Assembly: GCA_963719345.1 (NCBI GenBank)
Contig: CAVRCA010000009.1
Coordinates: 46,029 to 110,028, forward strand
DNA from: an uncultured Alphaproteobacteria bacterium
GTDB lineage: Bacteria > Pseudomonadota > Alphaproteobacteria > Acetobacterales > Acetobacteraceae
DNA: 64,000 bases
Direction: 5' to 3'
Both the position numbers and the translations under genes were made by a program. Each line of letters starts with the position of its first letter. Positions within the stretch are counted from its first letter, which is position 1. Positions 1-8,709 of the stretch are shown here, one piece after another. The notes under the pieces were generated by a model that saw only the letters and a list, made by a program, of their open reading frames with translations, was not told where the DNA came from and made no database searches.

Positions 1-256
1 GGCGTCGCGGTGGAGATCAACTTCCCACACACCTAGACGCGCGCCCTGTGGGGGGCGGCTGCGGCCGGTGAGCACGGCGGCAAGGAGCCAGCACCGCAAG
101 CAAGCGGGATGCTCGGTCCCGCACCCTTGCACCGTCGCGAGCCGCCGGGAGTAACGCCCCGGCGCCGCTGGGCGGGGCGGTCGCATCGGCCCCGCCCGCC
201 TTCTCCCTCGCCGCCTTCCGCTCTACTGTGCCGCCTGAAGAGCGAGGGGGGAGACA

Positions 257-1058
257 ATGCTGGATCTGGCCGGCAAGGTGGCCATCGTTTCGGGCGCGGG
301 TTCGGTGGGACCGGGCTGGGGCAACGGCCGCGCGACCGCGACCTTGTTCGCACGGCAGGGTGCGAAAGTGTTCCTGCTCGACATCAACCGCGAGGCGCTC
401 GACGAGACGCGCCGGATCATCGAGGAGGAAGGCAACACCTGCGAAACGCGGATCTCCGACGCCCTCGAATTCGGCGCAGGTCAAAGAGTCGATGGACGCC
501 TGCTTGGCCCGGTTCGGGCGCATCGACATCCTGGTGAACAACGTCGGCGGCTCCGCGCCCGGCGGGCCGGTCGAGATGTCGGAGGAGGTGTTCGACCGGC
601 AAATCGATCAGAACCTGAAAACCGCGTTTCTCGGCTGCAAGCACGTGCTGCCCGTCATGGAGAAGCAAGGCAAGGGAGCGATCGTCAACATCGCTTCCGT
701 TGCCGGCCTGCGCGACCATCTCGGCCGCACCCATGTCGGCTACAGCGCGAGCAAGGCCGGTGTGATCCAGCTCTCGCGCTCGACGGCGGTGAAATACGCG
801 CCGCTCGGCATCCGCGTGAACACCGTGGTTCCCGGGCTGATGAACACGCCCCTGGTGACGCATCGGCTGGCGCGCCAGATCGGCAACAACGACGCCGAGG
901 CACTGATCGCCGACCGCCACCGGCGCGTGCCGATGGGCCATATGGGCGATGGTTGGGACGTCGCGCACGCCGTGCTGTTCCTCGCTTCCGACGAGGCCCG
1001 CTTCATCACCGCGACCGAGATCATCGTCGATGGCGGCATGATCGCGACAATTCCATAA
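257..1058 (+). pseudogene. SDR family oxidoreductase, split by one frameshift (possible consensus error)
   Basis: The N-terminal Rossmann motif VAIVSGAGSVGPGWG lies in the frame of ORF 257. The rest (RIDILVNNVGG, catalytic YSASK, IVDGGMIATIP) lies in the frame of ORF 228. The frames join at the ccc run 462-464; removing one C gives DASNSAQVKESMD. Confidence 0.85.
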
Positions 1059-1075
1059 GGTAGGGAGACGAACAG

Positions 1076-1633
1076 ATGACCGAACGCTTTGGCCCGATCT
1101 CGCCGGAGACGATGACCGCCGAGCAGAAGCGCGTGGCGGAGACCATCGCCGGTGGACCGCGCGGCAGCTGGCAGCGTGGGCCGTTCAAGGCGTTGCTGCG
1201 CAGCCCGGAGATCGCCAACCGCATCCAGCACGTCGGCGAATACGTGCGCTTCAAGAGCTCGATCGAACCGCGGCTGAACGAGCTTGCCATTATCCTGTGC
1301 GCGCGCAAATGGACCGCGCAGTACGAATGGTACGCGCACCGCAAGCTGGCCCTGGAGGCGGGGTTGCGGCCGGAGATCGCCGACGCCGTTGCGGAGGGAA
1401 GGCGCCCGGACAACCTGCAGCCAGATGAAGCAACGGTGTACGATTTCGCGCACCAGCTCCTGCACACCGGGCAGGTGAGTGACGCGGCGTTCAATGCCGT
1501 CAAGGAAAAGTTCGGCGAGAACGGCGTGATCGATCTGATCGGTGCCGTCGGCTACTACACGATCGTTTCATTCGTTCTCAACGTCGACCGCGTTCCCCTG
1601 CCGGCCGACGCCACGCCGCTCAAGCCGCTCTGA
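1076..1633 (+). CDS. Carboxymuconolactone decarboxylase (AhpD-like) family protein
   Basis: 185-aa ORF. The pattern RSPEIANRIQHVGEYVRF...ELAIILCARKWTAQYEWYAH is typical of the CMD family. It sits 18 bp after the preceding gene. Confidence 0.7.
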   Translation: MTERFGPISPETMTAEQKRVAETIAGGPRGSWQRGPFKALLRSPEIANRIQHVGEYVRFKSSIEPRLNELAIILCARKWTAQYEWYAHRKLALEAGLRPEIADAVAEGRRPDNLQPDEATVYDFAHQLLHTGQVSDAAFNAVKEKFGENGVIDLIGAVGYYTIVSFVLNVDRVPLPADATPLKPL

Positions 1634-1645
1634 CGGGGAACGATC

Positions 1646-2141
1646 ATGCAAGACCTTCTGCCGATCGCCCAACGCATCGGCGCACGCCTGAAGGAGCGCG
1701 GCGAGACCGTGGCGGTGTTCGAGTTCCTCGACCGGCGGCCTGGTCTCGGCGGCGCTGCTTTCCGTGCCGGGAGCCTCGGCCTACTTCCTTGGCGGCGGCG
1801 TGATCTATACCCGCAAGGCGCGGGACGAGATCGCCGGCATTGACGACGCTGCGATGTCCGCAATGCGCGCGTCCACCGAGCCGTATGCGCGATTGCTCGC
1901 GCAACGGGCGCGGGCCAAGCTCGGGGCGACCTGGGGTGTGGGCGAAAGCGGCGCCACCGGACCGACCGGCAATCGTTACGGCGACGCCGCCGGGCATACC
2001 TGCTTCGCCATCGCCGGTCCGGCCGAAGCGGCGACGACGCTTGAAACCGGCAGCGACGACCGGGTGGCCAACATGCGCCGGTTCGCCAATGACGTGCTGG
2101 GGGCCCTCGAGCAGGCTCTTGGGGCGACTGGCCGCTCCTGA
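1646..2141 (+). pseudogene. CinA-family (PncC-like nicotinamide-nucleotide amidohydrolase domain) protein, one frameshift
   Basis: The N-terminus MQDLLPIAQRIGARLKERGETVAV is in the frame of ORF 1646. The remainder, SSSTGGLVSAALLSVPGASAYFLGGGVIYT...GESGATGPTGNRYGDAAGHTCFAI, is in the frame of ORF 1764. The shift is at gagttcc (about 1724), apparently one extra t. Confidence 0.8.
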
Positions 2142-3829
2142 CCTCGACCTATCGGGAGTTGCCGCCGCATACTTTCTCCAGCGGCCTGTGCCGGCGGCGC
2201 TCCGTCCAGCCGAACGCGCCAGATCGTGCGGTCATGGACCTGGCTGGCAGAGCAGGGCGTCGCGCGCATCACCGAGATCAAGGCCGTATAGAATGGGTGC
2301 GTCAAACCCGTCTGGCCCATTGCGGGTGCTGAGACTGAGCGAGTTGAACGGGATACCTCGTACCTGCCAGGGTACGTATCGCGGAGTTCATCCTCCCCTC
2401 GTATCAGCACCAGTGCCGGGGCGGGCGCGGTCGCCGCCACGCGCAGCGGCTCGCGAACGGCCGAGACCTGGAGATGCGCGAAGACCGAGTAGCTGAGCAC
2501 GAACCCGGCGTAGGCAGCGACCTGCAGGCCGGCCAGGCGCATCGGATCGAATCGCCAGCGGCCGAGCGCCCAAGGCACATTGCTGCCGAAGGCCCTCCCG
2601 AGGGTGAGCGGCACCGTCACCCAGCCGATGAACCAGTAGCGCGGGCCATACTGGTAACCGCCGAGGTCGGGGTAGAACAAAAAGAACAGGATGGTTGCCG
2701 GCAGCATCAGGTCGAACCAGCGCAGGGTCCGCTGCCGCACGCCGCGCCAGAGCGCGACGGCCACGAACGGCAGCAGCGCGGCGCAGGCAAACTCCATCCA
2801 CCATGACGATTGCCAAACCGTGCGCTCGAGCGCGCGGAAAGGGTTGCTCGGCCCTTCGATGCCGTGCCCATAAAGCCCGTAGGTGAGGTCGGGAAAGCCC
2901 CAGGAGAGGGTTGTGACGAACGGGCTGCCGGTGATGCGCCAGTTATACCAGGCAAACATCGCGACCACCGGCAGGGCGCCGAGTGCCGCCCACAGGGAGC
3001 GCCGGACGAACACCCGTCGCCGCCGTAGCAGCCCGTCGAGAACATAGAGCCCGAAGGCGAGAAGGAACGCTTCGTAGCGCGTGGTCAGCAGCACGGAAAA
3101 GGCGAAGCCGAGGGCGAGCTGAGCCCAGACCGTTGGCCGCCGCTCATCGCGTAGGCCGAGCCAGGCGACGGCAAGAATGCACGTTCCCGTCAAGGTGTGG
3201 TTGAAGAACGAGGCGTTGTTGAACAGCGTGAACGGCGCTAGGAGCGAGAGCGCCAACAACGCCCCGCCCCGCCCGCGTGTCACCCCGAGTTGCCGCAAAC
3301 CGAGGGCCAGGAACGCCGCCAAAAGAACTCCCAGCACGGGATTGGCTGCGGTCCGCAACCCGACCGAGGCAAACAAGGCGAGCACTGCTGGCCAGCCCGG
3401 CGGGTATTGCGACAGCCGCTTGCCGTCCTGGTCGGGCACGTACATCGTCTTGAGCACGTCGCCGAGCCCGGACGGCGCGGACGCGTTCCACAGTCGGCCG
3501 TGGCGCAATGTGTCGGCGAGGAAGTTATAGCCGTATTCGTCCGCCGAGACCGGATACGCTTGTAGCACGACATCGGCGAGCAGCAGCGGCACGACGAAGG
3601 CCAGCGCAAGTGTTGCTGCGGCGGCAAGGCCGGCGCCCGGGCGTTCCCGTTCCGGCACCGTGGTGCGCGCGCCCCATAGCACCAGCGCCGCGGCGCACAA
3701 CCCATAGAGCAGGTCCACCGCGACCGTCATCCCCTTGCCAGGATGCCAGAGTTCGGCCACCCCGGCGCCCAGGCCGAGCAGGAACAACACCGCCGCCAGC
3801 AGCGTCAGGAAGGAACGGGTTCGGACCAT
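1976..3829 (-). CDS. GT-C fold (ArnT/PMT-like) integral-membrane glycosyltransferase, tandem copy 1; 3' end scrambled
   Basis: Many hydrophobic segments. An acidic first-loop motif YPVSADEYGYNFLADTL follows TM1. Positions 2416-3829 align in phase with copy 2 at a +1812 offset. The last roughly 90 codons are homologous to copies 2/3 only across three different frames, and the ORF reads on into the 3' end of the cinA-like gene. Confidence 0.6.
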   Translation of the reverse strand: MVRTRSFLTLLAAVLFLLGLGAGVAELWHPGKGMTVAVDLLYGLCAAALVLWGARTTVPERERPGAGLAAAATLALAFVVPLLLADVVLQAYPVSADEYGYNFLADTLRHGRLWNASAPSGLGDVLKTMYVPDQDGKRLSQYPPGWPAVLALFASVGLRTAANPVLGVLLAAFLALGLRQLGVTRGRGGALLALSLLAPFTLFNNASFFNHTLTGTCILAVAWLGLRDERRPTVWAQLALGFAFSVLLTTRYEAFLLAFGLYVLDGLLRRRRVFVRRSLWAALGALPVVAMFAWYNWRITGSPFVTTLSWGFPDLTYGLYGHGIEGPSNPFRALERTVWQSSWWMEFACAALLPFVAVALWRGVRQRTLRWFDLMLPATILFFLFYPDLGGYQYGPRYWFIGWVTVPLTLGRAFGSNVPWALGRWRFDPMRLAGLQVAAYAGFVLSYSVFAHLQVSAVREPLRVAATAPAPALVLIRGEDELRDTYPGRYEVSRSTRSVSAPAMGQTGLTHPFYTALISVMRATPCSASQVHDRTIWRVRLDGAPPAQAAGESMRRQLPIGRGQERPVAPRACSRAPSTSLANRRMLATRSSLPVSSVVAASAGPAMAKQVCPAASP

Positions 3830-3952
3830 GGCGCCCTTGTAAGTGTTTGAGGCGACGCGCCGTCAAGCAATTAGGCTCTTGCAGCGTCCTCAACTGTGCG
3901 GTCCGGACATGGCGGCCGCTCAAGAAGCAGGCCCACACGCCCTTCCTGGTGG

Positions 3953-5641
3953 TCAGCCATGCTGATGGACCGCCGCCTGGGGTGTCCCGCACGCTGGCTC
4001 CAGCGTAGCTTTTGGGGGCGCTCCTTGCACACGGACGCGCCAGATCGTCCGGTCGTGGACCTGCCGGCAGAGCAGGGCGATGCGCGCCTCACCGAGATCG
4101 ATACCGTGTAGGATGGGACCAGTAAAACCATCCGGGCCGTTGCGGGTGGTATCTACCGCGTCGAAGTGGATTGGTCGGCTCTGCCAGGAGACGTATCGGA
4201 TTTCATCGCTGGCGATCAGCACCAGCGCCGGGGCGGGCGCGGTCGCCGCCGCGCGCAGCGGCTCGCGAACGGCCGAGACCTGGAGATGCGCGAAGACCGA
4301 GTAGCTGAGCACGAACCCGGCGTAGGCGGCGACCTGCAGGCCGGCCAGGCGCATCGGATCGAATCGCCAGCGGCCGAGCGCCCAAGGCACATTGCTGCGG
4401 AAGGCCCTCCCGAGGGTGAGCGGCACCGTCACCCAGCCGATGAACCAGTAGCGCGGGCCATACTGGTAACCGCCGGCGTCGGGATAGAACACGAAGAACA
4501 GGACGGTTGCCGGCAGCATCAGGTCGAACCAGCGCAGGGTTCGCTGCCGCACGCCGCGCCAGAGCGCGACGGCCACGAACGGGAGCAGCGCGGCGCAGGC
4601 AAACTCCATCCACCATGACGATTGCCAAACCGTGCGCTCGAGCGCGCGGAAAGGGTTGCTCGGCCCTTCGATGCCGTGCCCATAAAGCCCGTAGGTGAGG
4701 TCGGGAAAGCCCCAGGAGAGGGTGGTGACGAACGGGCTGCCGGTGATGCGCCAGTTATACCAGGCAAACATCGCGACCACCGGCAGGGCGCCGAGTGCCG
4801 CCCACAGGGAGCGCCGGACAAACACCCGTCGCCGCCGTAGCAGCCCGTCGAGAACATAGAGCCCGAAGGCGAGAAGGAACGCTTCGTAGCGCGTGGTCAG
4901 CAGCACGGAAAAGGCGAAGCCGAGGGCGAGCTGAGCCCAGACCGTTGGCCGCCGCTCATCGCGTAGGCCGAGCCAGGCGACGGCAAGAATGCACGTTCCC
5001 GTCAAGGTGTGGTTGAAGAACGAGGCGTTGTTGAACAGTGTGAACGGCGCTAGGAGCGAGAGCGCCAACAACGCCCCGCCCCGCCCGCGTGTCACCCCGA
5101 GTTGCCGCAAACCGAGGGCCAGGAACGCCGCCAAAAGAACTCCCAGCACGGGATTGGCTGCGGTCCGCAACCCGACCGAGGCAAACAAGGCGAGCACTGC
5201 TGGCCAGCCCGGCGGGTATTGCGACAGCCGCTTGCCGTCCAGGTCGGGCACGTACATTGTCTTGAGCACGTCGCCGAGCCCGGACGGCGCGGACGCGTTC
5301 CACAGTCGGCCGTGGCGCAATGTGTCGGCGAGGAAGTTATAGCCGTATTCGTCCGCCGAGACCGGATACGCTTGTAGCACGACATCGGCGAGCAGCAGCG
5401 GCACGACGAAGGCCAGCGCAAGTGTTGCTGCGGCGGCAAGGCCGGCGCCCGGGCGTTCCCGTTCCGGCACCGTGGTGCGCGCGCCCCATAGCACCAGCGC
5501 CGCGGCGCACAACCCATAGAGCAGGTCCACCGCGACCGTCATCCCCTTGCCAGGATGCCAGAGTTCGGCCACCCCGGCGCCCAGACCGAGCAGGAACAAC
5601 ACCGCCGCCAGCAGCGTCAGGAAGGAACGGGTTCGGACCAT
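3953..5641 (-). CDS. GT-C fold membrane glycosyltransferase, tandem copy 2 (chimeric: 5' part like copy 1, 3' part like copy 3)
   Basis: 562-aa ORF with ATG at 5641. The N-terminus MVRTRSFLTLLAAVLF is identical to copy 1. The C-terminal domain ASDEIRYVSWQSRPIHFDAV...AAVHQHG is identical to copy 3. Confidence 0.7.
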   Translation of the reverse strand: MVRTRSFLTLLAAVLFLLGLGAGVAELWHPGKGMTVAVDLLYGLCAAALVLWGARTTVPERERPGAGLAAAATLALAFVVPLLLADVVLQAYPVSADEYGYNFLADTLRHGRLWNASAPSGLGDVLKTMYVPDLDGKRLSQYPPGWPAVLALFASVGLRTAANPVLGVLLAAFLALGLRQLGVTRGRGGALLALSLLAPFTLFNNASFFNHTLTGTCILAVAWLGLRDERRPTVWAQLALGFAFSVLLTTRYEAFLLAFGLYVLDGLLRRRRVFVRRSLWAALGALPVVAMFAWYNWRITGSPFVTTLSWGFPDLTYGLYGHGIEGPSNPFRALERTVWQSSWWMEFACAALLPFVAVALWRGVRQRTLRWFDLMLPATVLFFVFYPDAGGYQYGPRYWFIGWVTVPLTLGRAFRSNVPWALGRWRFDPMRLAGLQVAAYAGFVLSYSVFAHLQVSAVREPLRAAATAPAPALVLIASDEIRYVSWQSRPIHFDAVDTTRNGPDGFTGPILHGIDLGEARIALLCRQVHDRTIWRVRVQGAPPKATLEPACGTPQAAVHQHG

Positions 5642-5764
5642 GGCGCCCTTGTAAGTGTTTGAGGCGACGCGCCGTCAAGCAATTAGGCTCTTGCAGCGTC
5701 CTCAACTGTGCGGTCCGGACATGGCGGCCGCTCAAGAAGCAGGCCCACACGCCCTTCCTGGTGG

Positions 5765-7453
5765 TCAGCCATGCTGATGGACCGCCGCCTGGGGTGTCCC
5801 GCACGCTGGCTCCAGCGTAGCTTTTGGGGGCGCTCCTTGCACACGGACGCGCCAGATCGTCCGGTCGTGGACCTGCCGGCAGAGCAGGGCGATGCGCGCC
5901 TCACCGAGATCGATACCGTGTAGGATGGGACCAGTAAAACCATCCGGGCCGTTGCGGGTGGTATCTACCGCGTCGAAGTGGATTGGTCGGCTCTGCCAGG
6001 AGACGTATCGGATTTCATCGCTGGCGATCAGCACCAGCGCCGGGGCGGGCGCGGTCGCCGCCGCGCGCAGCGGCTCGCGAACGGCCGAGACCTGGAGATG
6101 CGCGAAGACCGAGTAGCTGAGCACGAACCCGGCGTAGGCGGCGACCTGCAGGCCGGCCAGGCGCATCGGATCGAATTGCCAGCGGCCGAGCGCCCAAGGC
6201 ACATTGCTGCGGAAGGCCCTCCCGAGGGTGAGCGGCACAGTCACCCAGCCGATGAACCAGTAGCGCGGGCCATACTGGTAACCGCCGAGATCGGGGTACG
6301 CGAAAAAGAACAGGATGGTTGCCGGCAGCATCAGGTCGAACCAGCGCAGGGTCCGCTGCCGCACGCCGCGCCAGAGCGCGACGGCCACGAACGGCAGCAC
6401 CGCAACGCAGGCGAACTCCATCCACCACAGCGAGAACCAGACCGTGCGTTCCAAGGAGCGGAAAGGAGTGTTCGGTCCCTCGGTGCCGTACCCATAAAGC
6501 CCGTAGGTGAGGTCAGGAAAGCCCCAGGAGAGGGTTGTGACGAACGGGCTGCCGGTGATGCGCCAGTTATACCAGGCAAACATCGCGACCACCGGCAGGG
6601 CGCCGAGTGCCGCCCACAGGGAGCGCCGGACAAACACCCGTCGCCGCCGTAGCAGCCCGTCGAGAACATAGAGCCCGAAGGCGAGAAGGAACGCTTCGTA
6701 GCGCGTGGTCAGCAGCACGGAAAAGGCGAAGCCGAGGGCGAGCTGAGCCCAGACCGTTGGCCGCCGCTCATCGCGTAGGCCGAGCCAGGCGACGGCAAGA
6801 ATGCACGTTCCCGTCAAGGTGTGGTTGAAGAACGAGGCGTTGTTGAACAGTGTGAACGGCGCTAGGAGCGAGAGCGCCAACAACGCCCCGCCTCGCCCGC
6901 GTGTCACCCCGAGTTGCCGCAAACCGAGGGCCAGGAACGCCGCCAAAAGAACTCCCAGCACGGGATTGGCTGCGGTCCGCAACCCGACCGAGGCAAACAA
7001 GGCGAGCACTGCTGGCCAGCCCGGCGGGTATTGCGACAGCCGCTTGCCGTCCAGGTCGGGCACGTACATTGTCTTGAGCACGTCGCCGAGCCCGGACGGC
7101 GCGGACGCGTTCCACAGTCGGCCGTGGCGCAATGTGTCGGCGAGGAAGTTATAGCCGTATTCGTCCGCCGAGACTGGATACGCTTGTAGCACGACATCGG
7201 CGAGCAGCAGCGGCACGACGAAGGCCAGCGCAAGTGTTGCTGCGGCGGCAAGGCCGGCGCCCGGGCGTTCCCGTTCCGGCACCGTGGTGCGCGCGCCCCA
7301 TAGCACCAGCGCCGCGGCGCACAACCCATAGAGCAGGTCCACCGCGACCGTCATCCCCTTGCCAGGATGCCAGAGTTCGGCCACCCCGGCGCCCAGACCG
7401 AGCAGGAACAACGCTGCAGCGAGGCAGACCGGAAAGAAACGAATTCGTATCAT
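5765..7453 (-). CDS. GT-C fold membrane glycosyltransferase, tandem copy 3
   Basis: The ORF is tracked to 7519, but the ATG at 7453 (MIRIRFFPVCLAAALF) is exactly 1812 bp from the copy 2 start. This copy has a unique N-terminus and a divergent patch YGYGTEGPNTPFRSLERTVWFSLWW. Confidence 0.7.
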   Translation of the reverse strand: MIRIRFFPVCLAAALFLLGLGAGVAELWHPGKGMTVAVDLLYGLCAAALVLWGARTTVPERERPGAGLAAAATLALAFVVPLLLADVVLQAYPVSADEYGYNFLADTLRHGRLWNASAPSGLGDVLKTMYVPDLDGKRLSQYPPGWPAVLALFASVGLRTAANPVLGVLLAAFLALGLRQLGVTRGRGGALLALSLLAPFTLFNNASFFNHTLTGTCILAVAWLGLRDERRPTVWAQLALGFAFSVLLTTRYEAFLLAFGLYVLDGLLRRRRVFVRRSLWAALGALPVVAMFAWYNWRITGSPFVTTLSWGFPDLTYGLYGYGTEGPNTPFRSLERTVWFSLWWMEFACVAVLPFVAVALWRGVRQRTLRWFDLMLPATILFFFAYPDLGGYQYGPRYWFIGWVTVPLTLGRAFRSNVPWALGRWQFDPMRLAGLQVAAYAGFVLSYSVFAHLQVSAVREPLRAAATAPAPALVLIASDEIRYVSWQSRPIHFDAVDTTRNGPDGFTGPILHGIDLGEARIALLCRQVHDRTIWRVRVQGAPPKATLEPACGTPQAAVHQHG

Positions 7454-7624
7454 GCTGGTTTGATAAAGAAATGCTTGGGAGGCGCTCGTCAAGCCACAGA
7501 TTTGAGCGAAGCGCTCCATTCTGCGTGAGATGAAGGCAGGACAAGAGCCGAATCGTTCACTACAATCTCACGTGGAGCGATAAATCCCTTGGACTGCGCC
7601 ACTGGGATCGGGCAGAACCTCGCC

Positions 7625-8701
7625 ATGACCCCAGGTGCCGATCTAAGTCCGCCCATTCAGGAAAACCGTGCGGACCACGCACAGGCTGATGCTCCCCTGT
7701 TGCGATCCGAAGCCGCACGCCGCGTTGCGCAGACCGGCCCATCGGTGATGCCTCTCGGCAGGATCGCGGTCCTTATCCCGTGCTATAATGAAGAGGTCGC
7801 AATCGGCCATGTGGTCGCCGATTTCCGCGCCGCCCTGCCGCAGGCGACGATCCACGTCTACGACAACAATTCCACTGACGACACAGCCGCCTCCGCGCGT
7901 GCGGCGGGAGCGATCGTGCGGCGCGAGACCTTGCAGGGAAAAGGTCACGTGGTCCGGCGCATGTTCGCCGACGTGGAAGCCGACGTCTATGTCCTGGTCG
8001 ATGGCGACAACACGTACGATGCGAGCGTAAGCCCGGCCATGGTGCATACGCTAGTTGCCGACCAGCTCGACATGGTGACCGGCACGCGAGTGACCGACAT
8101 CGCCGCGGCCTACCGCCCAGGCCACCGGTTCGGCAACGCAATGTTGACCGGCATCGTCGGCTGGGTGTTCGGCAACCGCATCACCGACATGCTTTCGGGT
8201 TATCGTGCCTTCTCCCGCCGGTTCGTAAAGTCGTTTCCCGCCCTCGCGACCGGCTTCGAGACGGAGACCGAGTTCACCGTTCACGCGCTCGAGCTCAAAA
8301 TGCCGATCGGCGAGGTCAAGACTAGTTACCGGGATAGGCCGGTCGGCTCGGCGTCGAAACTGCACACGGTGCGCGACGGCGTCCGCATCCTGCGCACCAT
8401 CGTGATCCTGGTTAAGGAGGAGCGCCCGCTCCAATTCTTTTCCCTGACGGGACTGGTGCTGGCGCTGCTGGCACTCGCGATCGGCGTGCCGGTCATCGTC
8501 GAGTTCCTGCACAGCGGCTTGGTGCCGCGGCTGCCGACCGCCGTGCTTGCCGCGAGCCTGACGTTGCTTTGTTTCCTGTCGATCGCCTGTGGACTGATCC
8601 TCGATTCGGTGTCCCGCGGCCGCAAGGAGATCAAGCGGCTTGCATACCTCGCCATTCCGGCGGCCGGAGCAAGCTCGACTTCCGGTGCTCCCCCGGTCTG
8701 A
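7625..8701 (+). CDS. GT2 family glycosyltransferase with C-terminal TM helices (polyprenyl-phosphate sugar synthase-like: DPM1/ArnC/GtrB type)
   Basis: Motifs: IAVLIPCYNEE, VYDNNSTDDT, and DGD in VLVDGDNTYD. The C-terminus has two hydrophobic helices (FFSLTGLVLALLALAIGV..., LAASLTLLCFLSIACGLIL). The start is uncertain: TTG 7589, ATG 7625 or ATG 7748. Confidence 0.8.
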   Translation: MTPGADLSPPIQENRADHAQADAPLLRSEAARRVAQTGPSVMPLGRIAVLIPCYNEEVAIGHVVADFRAALPQATIHVYDNNSTDDTAASARAAGAIVRRETLQGKGHVVRRMFADVEADVYVLVDGDNTYDASVSPAMVHTLVADQLDMVTGTRVTDIAAAYRPGHRFGNAMLTGIVGWVFGNRITDMLSGYRAFSRRFVKSFPALATGFETETEFTVHALELKMPIGEVKTSYRDRPVGSASKLHTVRDGVRILRTIVILVKEERPLQFFSLTGLVLALLALAIGVPVIVEFLHSGLVPRLPTAVLAASLTLLCFLSIACGLILDSVSRGRKEIKRLAYLAIPAAGASSTSGAPPV

Positions 8702-8709
8702 CGGAATAC

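Larger units (their letters stand above)
2190..7453. repeat. Tandem direct repeat, period 1812 bp, about 2.9 units (gene plus 123-bp spacer)
   Basis: Start codons fall at 3829, 5641 and 7453. The spacers 3830-3952 and 5642-5764 read the same. Long stretches are identical between units. Confidence 0.95.

Noticed and set aside
1976-7453. The 1.8-kb direct repeats as copies of a mobile element
   Set aside because: There is no transposase, no terminal inverted repeats and no target duplications. Each unit is simply a membrane glycosyltransferase gene plus its spacer, so this is tandem gene duplication.
7454-7519. 22-codon N-terminal extension of GT-C copy 3 (MERFAQICGLTSASQAFLYQTS)
   Set aside because: The ATG at 7453 is exactly in register (1812 bp) with the starts of copies 1 and 2 and begins the homologous hydrophobic N-terminus. 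The extension has no counterpart in the other copies.
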